From: Octopus vulgaris
Taxonomy: Eukaryota
Assembly: GCA_951406725.2 (NCBI GenBank)
Contig: OX597824.1
Coordinates: forward strand, 21,328,001 to 21,392,000
DNA: 64,000 bases
Direction of reading: 5' to 3'
Positions within the stretch are counted from its first letter, which is position 1. The number at the start of each line of letters is the position of its first letter. Below are positions 38,333-50,054 of the stretch, piece after piece. Under the pieces are notes generated by a model. It ran no database searches and was not told where the DNA came from. It was given only the letters and a program-made list of their open reading frames with translations. A program made the translations under genes and the position numbers.

Positions 38333-38438
38333 TCTCTCTATATATAAACGGCAGTTTGCCTGTGCGTGTATAACTCTCTAAAAATGCTTTATAGTTATTT
38401 CCCTTACAAACCTGAGCAACGCCGGGCGATACTGCTAG
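38333..38438 (+). mobile_element. Mini-Helitron (106 bp)
   Basis: A|TC..TATATAAA start; CCTGAGCAACGCCGGG hairpin, CTAG|T end. Confidence 0.7.
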
Positions 38439-39314
38439 TTTTTAATAATACTTAGAGATTGTTATCTGTTGTCATGAATGGCGAAAGATATTAAATTTAT
38501 TTATGTGAAAAAAGACAAAAAAATATGTTTTGTTATTCAGAAAAGGTGGATAAGACAAACAACCAAAAGCTTCTAGAATATTTCACTGTATTTTCGTTTT
38601 TTTTTCTTTTTTTTTTCTGATTTTTAGAAAACATAGTGATTGTAACATTTTTCTGTTTGATTCTAGAATTACAGCTTTCAAGAAAATTTACCATAGAAAA
38701 CCGATGTATTTCTTTTATTTTTTTTTTATATGAGTTCCAATAGTGAATCACTAATTTTCTCATGCATTTCACTTGATAAGATTTGTATTATAAGATGCCA
38801 GTATCAATTAATTTGTATTATGTCGTTCTTTGAAATGTCTGAGCTGAGATCTTGTACTTCAAATTTTATCTTTTTTACTCAAATCACATTTCTAAAAATT
38901 TCTTGCTTTTTTCATAAAATCTTCAAGTCTGTGTTTTTGTTTTTCATTGCTAGGGCTTATAATGATAGCATTTTGGTTTTCTATGAGAGTATTTTTCGAT
39001 TTGTCATCAGCACTACCATTAATATTACCTTACAATATCAGATGCTTAAGAAAAGAGACTGTTAATTAAAAACTACAGCGTTTAATTTTCTTTTTATTTT
39101 CAAAATCTTTCAAATGTTAAATTATATCTCCATATTTTCTTTTTCTTTCTGCAAAGAAAATAAAATAAATTAAATTATCAAATTTGTCTTCAGCATTTTA
39201 TATATATAATTGTGAACGGAGTTAGTGATTATAATTAATGGTCTTGAAACAAATTTATATTGTTTCATTAAAAGACTTTGATTAAATTTCTAAATCATTA
39301 ATGGAAGTTATAGA

Positions 39315-39903
39315 TACAGGCGTTATTGTGTGGTTTCAGGTTCAATTCCACTGGACGTCACCTTGGGCAAGTGTATTCCACTAGAGCCTTGGTTTGACCA
39401 AAGCTTTATGGCTGGACTTAGTAGAGAGAAGTGCATCATGTGTGTGTCTGTGTGTGTGTGGATGTGTGTGTGTGCATGCGTGCGTGCGTGTATTTGTCTC
39501 TCTTTGCATCACATTGCTTGCTAATTATAAACAAGAGTCACCATCGTATAACTGGTATTATTTATTTGTAATTTTCCCAAAGAACATGTTTGGCATCTGT
39601 GTTATTCATGTTCAAAAGAATTGGGGGAAATATTACCTTATTTGCACACAGTTAAGGGTTGGCTACTGGAAGGGCATCCGGCCATATAATATTTGCCCCA
39701 ACGAATTTCTTTTAACCCATGTATGTAAAATGTTGATGTTAAAATAAGGATGATGATGATAATGACGATGATGCTGCCGATGGTGATGATGTTGATAACG
39801 ATGATGATGATGATGATGACGATGATGATGATGATGACGATGATGATGATGACGTCACTGCTGGTGATGATGAGGATGATGATAATGATGACCATCATGA
39901 TGA
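39315..39903 (+). mobile_element. Diverged SINE-A-headed element with RTE-type tail and expanded (GAT)n
   Basis: CACCTTGGGCAAGTG head then GGTTGGCTACTGGAAGGGCATCCGGCC. Confidence 0.6.
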
Positions 39904-40056
39904 TTTGTGGAAGTTGATCTGAAAAATAACTTTCTACAGACCAGCATCCATAACATTTCAGGATAGGGGAAGTATTTGAAAACATTTTTGTAGCTTTTCA
40001 CTTTACGTGAAATCCAATCTCGAGTAGCATATTACTCATGTTATTTGTTTATTCAG

Positions 40057-40093
40057 AGGAAAGACTGTACCCAAAGCCACCCTGGTTTGAAAG
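40057..40093 (+). CDS. Candidate 37-nt coding micro-exon (ERLYPKPPWFE), unknown gene
   Basis: TTATTTGTTTATTCAG acceptor, AAG|GTAGGA donor, open frame; no partner exon found. Confidence 0.2.
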
Positions 40094-40360
40094 GTAGGAT
40101 TTAGCTAATGAGGCTCATGTTTTGTTTGAAATACTGAAGGTGAAAAAACAAAACAGGAAAAGAAAAGTAAAGAAAACATTGAAATTTTAAATTTTCGTGT
40201 TTTTCACATTCAGTATTTCAGGCAGAAAATTTCAAATTAATGCAGTTTTTCAGAAGTAAGATAAGGAATTATAATTCAGTTTGTGGATCTGGGAGAGAGG
40301 GATTAGAGAAGGATGTATGGATGGAAAGAGATTTAAGTAGAGATGGATCATGTATATTAA

Positions 40361-40489
40361 CCTTTAGCATGCTTAGGTGCATCATGGTAATATATGAGTT
40401 TTCTCCCTTGTAGCTGTAGGTATATTGTGTTGCATCGAGAGGGGAGAAAACTCATACAGCAACATGTTGCATCTATAGTGTGTTAAAGG
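40361..40489. mobile_element. Palindromic piggyBac-type MITE
   Basis: TTAA|CCTTTAGCA..TGTTAAAGG|TTAA; internal IR TATGAGTTTTCTCCC / GGGAGAAAACTCATA. Confidence 0.65.
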
Positions 40490-40958
40490 TTAAAATAGAA
40501 AGACACCTAGATAGATAGATGGAGAGAGAGGGAGACAAAGAGACAGAGAGAAGGGGGAGTGCAAGAAAGATAGAGAGATATAGTGAGTGGGGAAGAGAGA
40601 GAGATAGAGAAAGAGAGAGGTCATCATTGTAGGGTCCATTGTGGGTCAGTGCTGACCATGCATTAGCACATGTATGTGCAGGCTCAGGGCAAGATTTTTT
40701 CGTTTTTGAGGGAAGCCATCAGTTACCAGTGCATGCAAAGCTCCCTTCTCCATACCACTGATGTTTATCCAAAAGAAAAGCCACCATCTTGGGTTGATAC
40801 AGCTTGGCAACTTTGTTGCTTCAGCCGTTGATGCCGGAATGCTAGCAGGGTCAGAATAGATTCTGCAAAGCATCTTGTACAAGTCTTGAACATTTCTGCC
40901 AATCCTCCACTCTGGACTTGTACTTTTCTTTTTATTGACACCACCTTGTAAGGATGAA

Positions 40959-41198
40959 AACTGACCTTGGCAGGTTTGGAACTGACCTTGGCATGTTTGG
41001 AACTGACCTTGGCAGGTTTAGAACTGACTTTCGCATGTTTGGAACTGACCTTGGCAGGTTTTGGAACTGACCCTGGCAAGTTTGGAACTGACCCTGGCAA
41101 CTTTGGAAGTGACCTTGGCAGGTTTGGAAGTGACCTTGGCAGGTTTGGAAGTGACCATGGCAGGTTTGGAAGTGACCGTGGCAGGTTTTGGAACCGAC
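40959..41198. repeat. 21-bp minisatellite (AACTGACCTTGGCAGGTTTGG), about 11.4 copies
   Basis: Direct count of units. Confidence 0.95.
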
Positions 41199-41269
41199 CA
41201 TAGCAGAGAATTGGAGCAAATACAACATGCATGACATTCTGTCTTACACATCAGCTAGTTTGCTGCTTT

Positions 41270-41548
41270 GTCATCATCATCATCGTTTAACGTCCGTTCT
41301 CCATGCTAGCATGGGTTGGACGGTTCGACCGGGGATCTGGGAAGCCAGAAGGCTGCACCAGGCTCCGGTCTTATCTGGCAATGTTTCTACAGCTGGATGC
41401 CCTTCCTAACGCCAACCACTCCGTGAATGTAGTGGGTGCTTTTTACGTGCCACCTGCACTGGTGCCAGGTGAGGCTGGCATCGGCCACGGTCGGATTGGT
41501 GCATTTTACGTGCCACCTGCACGGAAGCCAGTCGAGGCGGCACTAGCT
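41270..41548 (-). mobile_element. Family D young copy
   Basis: Near-identical reverse complement of the 31435 copy. Confidence 0.9.
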
Positions 41549-41569
41549 TCATTGTAATAAAAGAGTAAC

Positions 41570-42350
41570 GACCCCCTTCAGTCATGAATGACCATGGGAT
41601 TGCACCTAGAAAGTTCCCCTCCTAGGCAAGATTGTTTGTGGAAGAGGAGCAGTCACCCATTCATACAAACCTCCCCTCTTCACACCACCAATGTCATCCA
41701 AGGGAGAGGCAAAGGCTGATACAACTTGGCACCTTATTGTCGCAATTCATTTCTATAGTTGAATGAACTGGAGCAAGGTGAAATAAAGTGTCTTGCTCAA
41801 GAACACAACACACAGCCTGGTCCAGGAATCGAGCTCACTACCTCATGATTGTGATCCCAATGTTCTAACCACTGAGCCATGTGCCTTCACTTCATTGTAA
41901 TAGTTCAGTCAAATTTTGGCACATGGCCGGCAATTTTGAGGACAGTGCTTTATTTTATCAACCCTGAATGGATGAAAGGCAAATTTGACCTTAATCTCAG
42001 GACTTAATCTCAGAATGGAAAGAGCTAGAAGAAATGTCCCTAAGTATTTTGTCTGAACTGGAGCAATGTGAAATAAAGTGTCTTGCTCAAGAACACAACA
42101 CACAGCCTGGTCCAGGAATCGAACTCACTACCTCATGATTGTGATCCCAATGTTCTAACCACTGAGCCATGTGCCTTCACTTCATTGTAATAGTCCAGTC
42201 AAATTTTGGCACATGGCCGGCAATTTTGAGGGTACTTTATTTTATCAACCCTGAAGGATGAAAGGCAAAATTGACCTTAATCTCAGAACGGAAAGAGCTA
42301 GAAGAAATGTCTCTCAGCATTTTGTCCGACACACTAACGATTCTATCAGC
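41570..42350 (-). mobile_element. SINE-C plus SINE-B remnants with a local ~290 bp tandem duplication
   Basis: 41765-42050 repeated at 42055-42320. Confidence 0.8.
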
Positions 42351-43064
42351 TTACTGCCCTGACATAATTATAAAAGTGAGAAGGAAAAAATGTGTGATCT
42401 TAGTATATATATTGCCTTTATATTTGCCAATTTAGCTTATGATATTTTTAGAGATTTGATACAGGTTATTGATAATTGAGAAATGCTTCTTATCAGATAT
42501 GGAAGCCTTGGTCCATGTGCAAACTTTTCATAGTATCATATCAACAACTGCCCAAGGCTGTAAGCATATTGAAGGACATTTATTAAGAATCCAAAGGTTG
42601 CAATTGGCCAAGACTGAAAACATGTGGCTGCCAGGGAGTTAACAGGAAATTAAGTGGAAACAAAGTCGGTGTAAATAATTCTTTAATTTGGAACTTTCTA
42701 AAAGTGGGTTCGTATGCTTCGGCGTCAGTTTTGTCCTTGAGAGAAGATTTTTTTTCCCTTTCACGTAAAAACAGAGATGCCAGCGGTAGTTGTTGAAATT
42801 TCCGATACGAAATAGAAAGAAAGTATGAGGAGATTGGACGGATGGACACAGCGACGGAAGTTGTTCGGAGAGTGGACATAGCTGTCAGCTGATAGGAAAT
42901 TTACAGAAGAGAAGTATATTGATTAAATGTGTGTGTGTGTGTGTGTCTGAACATAAGGCAATGAGTGTAGCATCATTATGTATATAGCAGAGACATTAAA
43001 TGAGGTAGCTGTCAAGAGAGAAATTCAAGATGTAATCCATAAGTTTTTTTTTACTTTTATTTCA

Positions 43065-43192
<128 letters not shown>

Positions 43193-43664
43193 TGGCGCCT
43201 ACTTTGTTTTATTTGATTAGATTTTGCTTTCAAACATTTTTATACATTTTCTTTGATACAGTATTTAAACGATTTTTTTTTTTTTTTTTTGCAAATTCCG
43301 TTGAGGTGTGGTGGCCATTTGGCCTACATTGCGTAAAGAAGACGAAGGTGAACTCAGAGAATAGAAACAAAAATTAAATGAAATGGCATAAAGTAAATGC
43401 AAAACTTTTTACAAAATAAAATATCGATGTATGGAATTGGATTTATGCAAATATGGGGATGCATTTACTTTTAAATTAATGAAAAGCACTTCAATTTGAG
43501 TTGTTGGTGTCATTGAAGAGATAACAAAAATAAATGTGTTTTTATTTTGTTGTTTCCACTTGCTTCAGTTTCTTGAACTGGGGCCATGCTGGAGCATCAT
43601 CTTGAAGTTGTTCAGTTGATCGAATCAAGTCTAGCACTTACTTTTGGTACTTGTTCTTAGTTCT

Positions 43665-44362
43665 TTATTGCCCGCAAGGGGCTAAACATAGAGGGGACAA
43701 ACAAGGACAGACAAAGGGATTAAGTCGATTACATCGACCCCAGTGCGTAACTGGTACTTAATTTATCGACCCTGAAAGGATGAAAGGCAAAGTCGACCTC
43801 GACTGCCGTTACGTTCTGAGTTCAAATTCCGCCGAGGTTGACTTTGCCTTTCATCCTTTCGGGGTCGATCAAATAAGTACCAGTTACGCACTGGGGTCAA
43901 TATAATCGACTTAATCCATTTGTCTGTCCTTGTTTGTCCTCTCTGTGTTTGTCCCCTTGTGGGTAGTAAAGAAATAGGTATTTTGTCTGCCTTTACGTTC
44001 TGAGTTCAAATTCCACCGAGGCCGTCTTTGCCTATCATCCTTTCAGGGTCGATAAATTTACTACCAGTTGCGTACTAAGGTTGATCAATCGACTACCCCC
44101 CCTCCCTAAAAATTTTGGGCCTTGTGCCTAGAGTAGAAAAGAATATTTAAAGAAGGTGGCGAGCTGGCAGAAACGTTAGCACACCAGGCGAAAAGCTTAG
44201 CAGTATTTTGTCTGTCTTTAAGTTCTGAGTTTAAATTCTGCTGAGGTTGACTTTACCTTTCATTCTTTTGGGGTTGATAGATTAAGTACCAGTTGTGTAC
44301 TGGGGACAATCTAATCGACTGGCCCCCTCCCTAAAAATTTCGGGCCATGTGCCTAGAGTAAA
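43665..44362. mobile_element. SINE-B cluster: inverted pair followed by tandem plus-strand units
   Basis: Minus copy to ~43800 abuts plus units; both tail types present. Confidence 0.85.
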
Positions 44363-45384
44363 ATATAAAAAAGAAAGATAAGGTCACTGGGGTAAAGAAT
44401 GTCCATGCTTCTTTTCTCTTTTAATAATGCTTGTTGTTCTTGTTCTTGTTCCAACCATGGCTGCCTCTGCGTAGTTATTTGTGTTGTTGTTTACTTTGTA
44501 AAACAGTAAAGGGGAGAGGGTTGTTAGTACATCACCCTCTACCCCCATTTTTCCCATCCACATCTCTACCATAAGGGGCCCTAACAAAATCCGGTAATAG
44601 ATATAGATGCAAATTTATTTAATTACTTGTCTCCTTCTAAAATCAGGCATAACTTGGCGATTGGTCGTCTCACAACACCGTTCTTCATCTTGAGTTTACT
44701 TGGTAGAGTGTGTTCGTTAACTTGACAATATCAAGGTGAGCTCTGATTGGCTGTATGCAAATGTGTTCATTACTGTGGTCCAGAACGCTTGTAGGAAAAA
44801 AAAATTTCGTTGGTTGGACAGGTTTCCACAGAAGACTGGAACGAAACAACACCACTTGTATGACAGTAATGCTTGTTTACAACATACGCTTGCACACAAA
44901 CACACACACAAATGTTCAGACATAGATATTGTATAATCGTAAAAAAAAAACAAAAAAACAAAGCTTCTGATTTTGTTTGCATTTGGCAGATAATTCAAAA
45001 TCCAATTTTTGTTTTGTATTCTTGTAATCCATTGAACTGTGACCATGTTGTAGCTCTATCGTCCACAGTTTACTTGCTCACATCAACACTGTAGTACTTG
45101 TTTCGACCTGAAACTAATGATTTTATATGTGGAATCACTAACAGACTCTTTTTTTTTTTGCTTAAAACCAGTGATGCTCTGGGTGAAACAACAATGGATA
45201 TTTTTGCTCGCTCACCCACAATATATTCTAGAAACAACACTGGATACTTTTGGGCACATACTCACATGCTTGTTCACACATGCATGCACGTATGCATGTC
45301 TTTGCATGTGCAGGCCTGTCTTTGTTCATGCACACACACACACACATGCTCACATGTGCTTGCTCACATATGCACGCATGCATA

Positions 45385-45730
45385 TTACATCGACCCCAGT
45401 GCGTAACTGGTACTTAATTTATCAACCCCAAAAGGATGAAAGACAAAGTCGACCTCAGTGGAATTTGAACTCAGAATGTAGTGGCAGACGAAATACCTAT
45501 TTCTTTATTACCCACAAGGGGCTAAACACAGAGGGGACAAACAAGGACAGACAAACGGATTAAGTCGATTACTTCGACCCCAGTGCGTAACTGGTACTTA
45601 ATTTATCGACCCCGAAAGGATGAAAGGCAAAGTCGACCTCGGCAGAATTTGAACTCAGAACGTAGCGGCAAACGAAATATGGCTACGCATTTCGCCCAGC
45701 GTGCTAACGTTTCTGCCAGCTTGCCGCCTT
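45385..45730 (-). mobile_element. SINE-B dimer
   Basis: Junction GAAATACCTATTTC at ~45490. Confidence 0.85.
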
Positions 45731-45750
45731 GTGGTAGATATGCAGTGGTG

Positions 45751-45971
45751 TACAAGGGGGTCCTGTAAAGTTCCTGGCTTGAAGGGTACTGCGAAAAGCC
45801 TGGTTGGAGGCCCAACCTTAGTTTTTTTACAGGGCTTAGGAAAACTCAAACACCACTGCAATAAGTTTGTGAATCTGAGAGAGCAGTATGTTGAATAAAA
45901 CCATAATTAATTGATGATCGTGTTGTATTTTGTTTTACTCAATACCAGGAACTTTTTAGCAACCCCTTGTA
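45751..45971 (+). mobile_element. mariner internal-deletion derivative
   Basis: TA-bounded TIRs TACAAGGGG..AAAGTTCCTGG / CCAGGAACTTT..CCCCTTGTA; FLQGLGKLKHHCNKFVNLREQYVE* resembles the mariner transposase C-terminus. Confidence 0.8.
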
Positions 45972-45974
45972 CAC

Positions 45975-46355
45975 ATGGAGGATCCTAAAGGTCTATCTCC
46001 TAACTTTGGAATTGAATGCTATACCATCTACTGGATTGGATGCAAAATACCAAAGATCCTGAATTCTCCATCCACAATAAGGGTCCAAATGCTATAAGGG
46101 TCTGCAACTATTCAACACTCTGGCAAGCGGTCCCAGGAATTTTCAAAGTGTTGATGTGGAGGACTTCAAAGAATGTCTGTACAAAATTTTCATCTGAGAT
46201 ACCACATGACCCCAAATAATGGCGAGGGGCCACAGGGAAGAGTAACTCCATCCAACAGTGCAGAAAAGAAGCCCAGCCATACTGAGAGGCGGTACTCCAG
46301 CATGGTCTCAGCCTCTGACTAAAACCAGTAAAAGATAAAAGAACAGATAAAAGAT
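45975..46355 (+). mobile_element. Degraded CR1/L2-type LINE 3' end
   Basis: YKGLQLFNTL..DVEDFKECLYK / SEIPHDP / SNSI peptides parallel the 49.3 kb LINE; 3' UTR matches the SINE-A tail. Confidence 0.65.
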
Positions 46356-46690
46356 GTACTCGTACACACATAAACACAGTAATTTTTATTTATCCCTATT
46401 GATTTCCTATAGAATTCAGAACCAATTCTGCACTAGCAGTGCTAGCTCTGAATTCTATAGAATATCTGTGGAGATAAACTTAAAATGAAAACACTGCACT
46501 GCTAGCACAAAAGCAAGGCACAATATTGACTTGTAGTCTTTTAATATACTTGGCAGTATATTATGGCTACAAGACGAAATAATGTGTCCTTGCTAGCAAT
46601 TAATATATATATTGTCCAACCCATGCTAGCAAGGAAAGCAGACGCTAAACAATGATGATGTTGATGATGATTATATATATATATATATAT

Positions 46691-46723
<33 letters not shown>

Positions 46724-46786
46724 GTTTAACGATGATGATGATATATATATAGATATATATAGATATATATATATATATATATATAT

Positions 46787-47016
46787 ATTTCTTTACTGCC
46801 CACAAGGGGCTAAACACAGAGTGGACAAACAAGGACAGACAAACGGTTTAAGTTGATAACATCGACCCCAGTGATTAACTGGTACTTAATTTATCGACCC
46901 CGAAAGGATGAAAGGCAAAGTCGACCTTGGCAGAATTTGAACTCAGAATGTAATGACAGAAGAAATACCGCTAAGCATTTTGCCTGGCGCTAACGTTTAT
47001 GCCAGCTTGCTGCCTT
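46787..47016 (-). mobile_element. SINE-B
   Basis: Complete reverse complement in (TA)n. Confidence 0.85.
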
Positions 47017-47029
47017 AGTATATATATAT

Positions 47030-47195
47030 ATCATCATCATCATCGTCATCATTATCATCATCATCATCCAGTGTTTTGAATCCGAGTTTTTGTTCCCGTT
47101 AATGGGGGTGGCCAGATCTACCTCAGTGCCATAGCAACTGCCTTCACACCATCTCACCATTTTGGGCATCCTCCTTTTTCAACCCAACCCTCCCA
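47030..47195 (-). mobile_element. RTE LINE 3' end fragment (second RTE family)
   Basis: VGLKKEDAQN.. C-terminal motif, 3' UTR and (GAT)n tail. Confidence 0.55.
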
Positions 47196-47196
47196 A

Positions 47197-47350
47197 GCTG
47201 GAGCACTGCCTTTAGTCGAAAGAATCAACCCCAGGACTTACTGTTTGTAAGCCTAGCATTTATTCTATCGGTCTCTTTTGCTGAACCACTAAGTTATGGG
47301 GATGTAAATACACCAGCATCGGTTGTCAAGCGATGTTAGTAGGACAAACA

Positions 47351-47397
<47 letters not shown>

Positions 47398-47555
47398 ACA
47401 CAATGAGCTTCTTTCAGTTTCCATCTACCAAATCTACTCACAAGGCTTTGGTTGGCCTGAGGCTATAGTAGAAGACACTTGCCCAAGGTGCCACGCAGTG
47501 GGACTGAACCTGGAACGATGTGGTTAGCAAGCAAGCTATTTACCACACAGCCACT
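47197..47555 (-). mobile_element. SINE-A
   Basis: Reverse complement head and body. Confidence 0.8.
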
Positions 47556-47777
47556 ATATTTATCAATTTTTTTTATTAACTAATTCTATATTTCTTGTTT
47601 TGAATTCTGTTTTCCCTGTTTCTTTCACCAAAACTAAAATTAAATATATCACCACCACCACCACCGTTTAATGGTTAAACAGAATCCAGCAGGTCAGACA
47701 GAGGATCTCATCTTGTTTCTGTGTCTCATGTTTGGCACAGTTTCTATGGCTGGGGTCTTTTATCTAACGTCAGTCAC

Positions 47778-48088
47778 AGTGTGTGGAGGCACATGGCCTA
47801 GTGGTTAGAGCAGCGGACTCACGGTCGAGGGATCACGGGTTCGAATCTCAGACTGTGTGATGTGTGCGCTTATGAGCGAAACAGCTAAGCTCCACGCGGC
47901 TCCGGCAGAAGGTAATGGTGAACTTCTGCTGACTCTTTCACCACAGCTTTCTCTCACTCTTTCCTCCTGCATCTTGCAGCTCACCTGCGACGGACTGGTG
48001 TCCCATCGAGGTGGGGAACCTATATGCCAAGGAAACCGGGAAACTGGCCCTTATGAGCCAGGCATGGCTTGAGAAGGAACAAACAAAA
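47778..48088 (+). mobile_element. tRNA-derived SINE (group C variant) with possible CAGTCAC TSD
   Basis: GGAGGCACATGGCCTAGTGGTTAGAGCAG, GGTTCGAATC; interrupts a decayed family D copy. Confidence 0.8.
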
Positions 48089-48434
48089 CAGTCACTTTAC
48101 AGAGTGTACAGTCTGCAGTTTTCATGGTACCAACAGAAGTACGGTCATCTTGTAACTAGTATGACTAAGGAGCACTCTTAGGAGAGAGAGAGAGTTGGCT
48201 TGTGGTCAGTGTAGAGTGGTGTTGAGTGGTTAATGAATGATGAAGGGACGGAAACAGGCTTGTGTTGTGGAAGAAATTTATGGCTAACCTGCATTATACA
48301 CGGGTGGGCAAGAGTGGATTGGCTGGAACCAGAAAGAAAGATAAAGATATGACTGTGTGTATATGTATGTATGTATGCATGCATGCAAACACACACACAC
48401 ATATTCAAATATATGTATATTCAATATATACATG

Positions 48435-48470
<36 letters not shown>

Positions 48471-48595
48471 TGTGTGTGCATGCATGCAAACACACACACA
48501 TATACACGCACACACACACACACACACACACATTCAAATATATGTATATTCAAATATATACATTTGTATATATGTGTGTGTGTGCTTGTGTGTGC

Positions 48596-48639
<44 letters not shown>

Positions 48640-49232
48640 CCGTGCGTGTGCGCGCATACACATGTGATGAATTTTGCTCATTAATCTCCTGATGCTGAAG
48701 ATTATGAGAGTTCTACAAAATTGCTGTCATTAGAATAGTTTATGATTACTCCAACATTAATAATCCATATTTACTGTATCTCTCCATCATATTTCGGTTA
48801 TTCCTCCTCCGTTTGTGTGGCTGGTTTCTTTCAAGAGAGAGCCATTGAAACTCATGTGTATATCTATTATATTAGCTGGTCAGCAGATAAGGCTCTTCTT
48901 GTATTGAGAAATAATATTAATATCGGTTCTTTGTTCCCAGAAACCTACTTGGTTATACTTATTTGGAGCTATTTGAATATGGTACCATATTTGGTGCAGG
49001 TGTGGCTGTGTGGTATGGTAAAGAAGTTTGCTTCCCCGAACACATAGTTCTGGGTTCAGTCCCATTGTGTGAGCACCTTGGGTAAGTGTCTTCTGCTATA
49101 GCTTTGGCCCAACAAATGCCTTGTGAGTGAATTTAGTTAATGGAAACCGAAAGAATATATACATATATATATATATATAATATATATATAATAATATATA
49201 TATATATATATATAATAATAATATATAATATA

Positions 49233-49922
49233 TAACTTAGAATAACTTAGAAAGGTTTTGGCCAGTATTGGCCCAGGCCATGTCTAACTTAATAGCACCA
49301 CTTGGTGAAGTCTTTCAGTTCAGGATTTGGGCACCAAGGCCCATTCGAGCAGAGAGTTATTGTTTGCGGAGACATATCCAGGTGTGGGTGGTTTGTCCGG
49401 TACTGTTTGAAGGAATTTGTCCAAAGACTTCTTGAATTTTGTGTGGTCAGTTTCTTTTTTGACGTGCCCTGGTGTAATGTTGAAGAGAGCAGGTCCAATT
49501 GAGGTGAAATAGTTGTGCCGTATTGTCGTTATGTGATGCGATTTAGATTTTTGTTGTGGACGGATGGCACGTGGTCCAAGCCTTGGATGCATTTTGAAGG
49601 TGATGCCAACATCATTCGGACAGTGCTGGTGGAATATTTTCCACATCATACAGATAATGTAGCGTTCACGGCGTCGTTGGAGTGAATACAATTTCAGCTT
49701 CTCTAGTCTACCCCAGTAGTCAAGGTCTGACATGCCATCTATCTTTTTTGTGATTGACCTTTGGGGAGCTTCAATTCTCATAATATTTTGTTTTGTGTAG
49801 GGAGACCACAGTGGACAGCAGTATTCAAGGTGGGGTCGGGCAAAAGTGGAGAAGAGAAGGATAATAGCGTGGGAATCTCTCGACTGGAAGGTTCTGAGAA
49901 TCCAGGAACACATCCAGGAACA
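49233..49922 (-). mobile_element. 5'-truncated CR1/L2-group LINE (RT-thumb to C-terminus of ORF2, 3' UTR, TTCTAAGTT tail)
   Basis: ~200 uninterrupted codons: RPHLEYCCPLWSP..LKLYSLQRRRER..GPALFN..FKKSLDKFL..VPDKP..NSL. Confidence 0.9.
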
Positions 49923-49983
49923 ATATATATAATATATATATATTAATATATATATATATAATAATAATATATAATATAATAAT

Positions 49984-50029
<46 letters not shown>

Positions 50030-50054
50030 TCATCATCATATAATAATAATAATA

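Noticed and set aside
40765-41251. Histone H1-like KPAKVSS repeat protein
   Set aside because: Minisatellite is open in several frames, with frame-breaking 22-bp units and no exon context
47785-47855. tRNA genes at SINE heads
   Set aside because: A/B boxes are present but there is no complete cloverleaf; they continue into SINE bodies
49922-50039. N-terminal extension of the 239-aa ORF
   Set aside because: Microsatellite read-through; the LINE is 5'-truncated at ~49922
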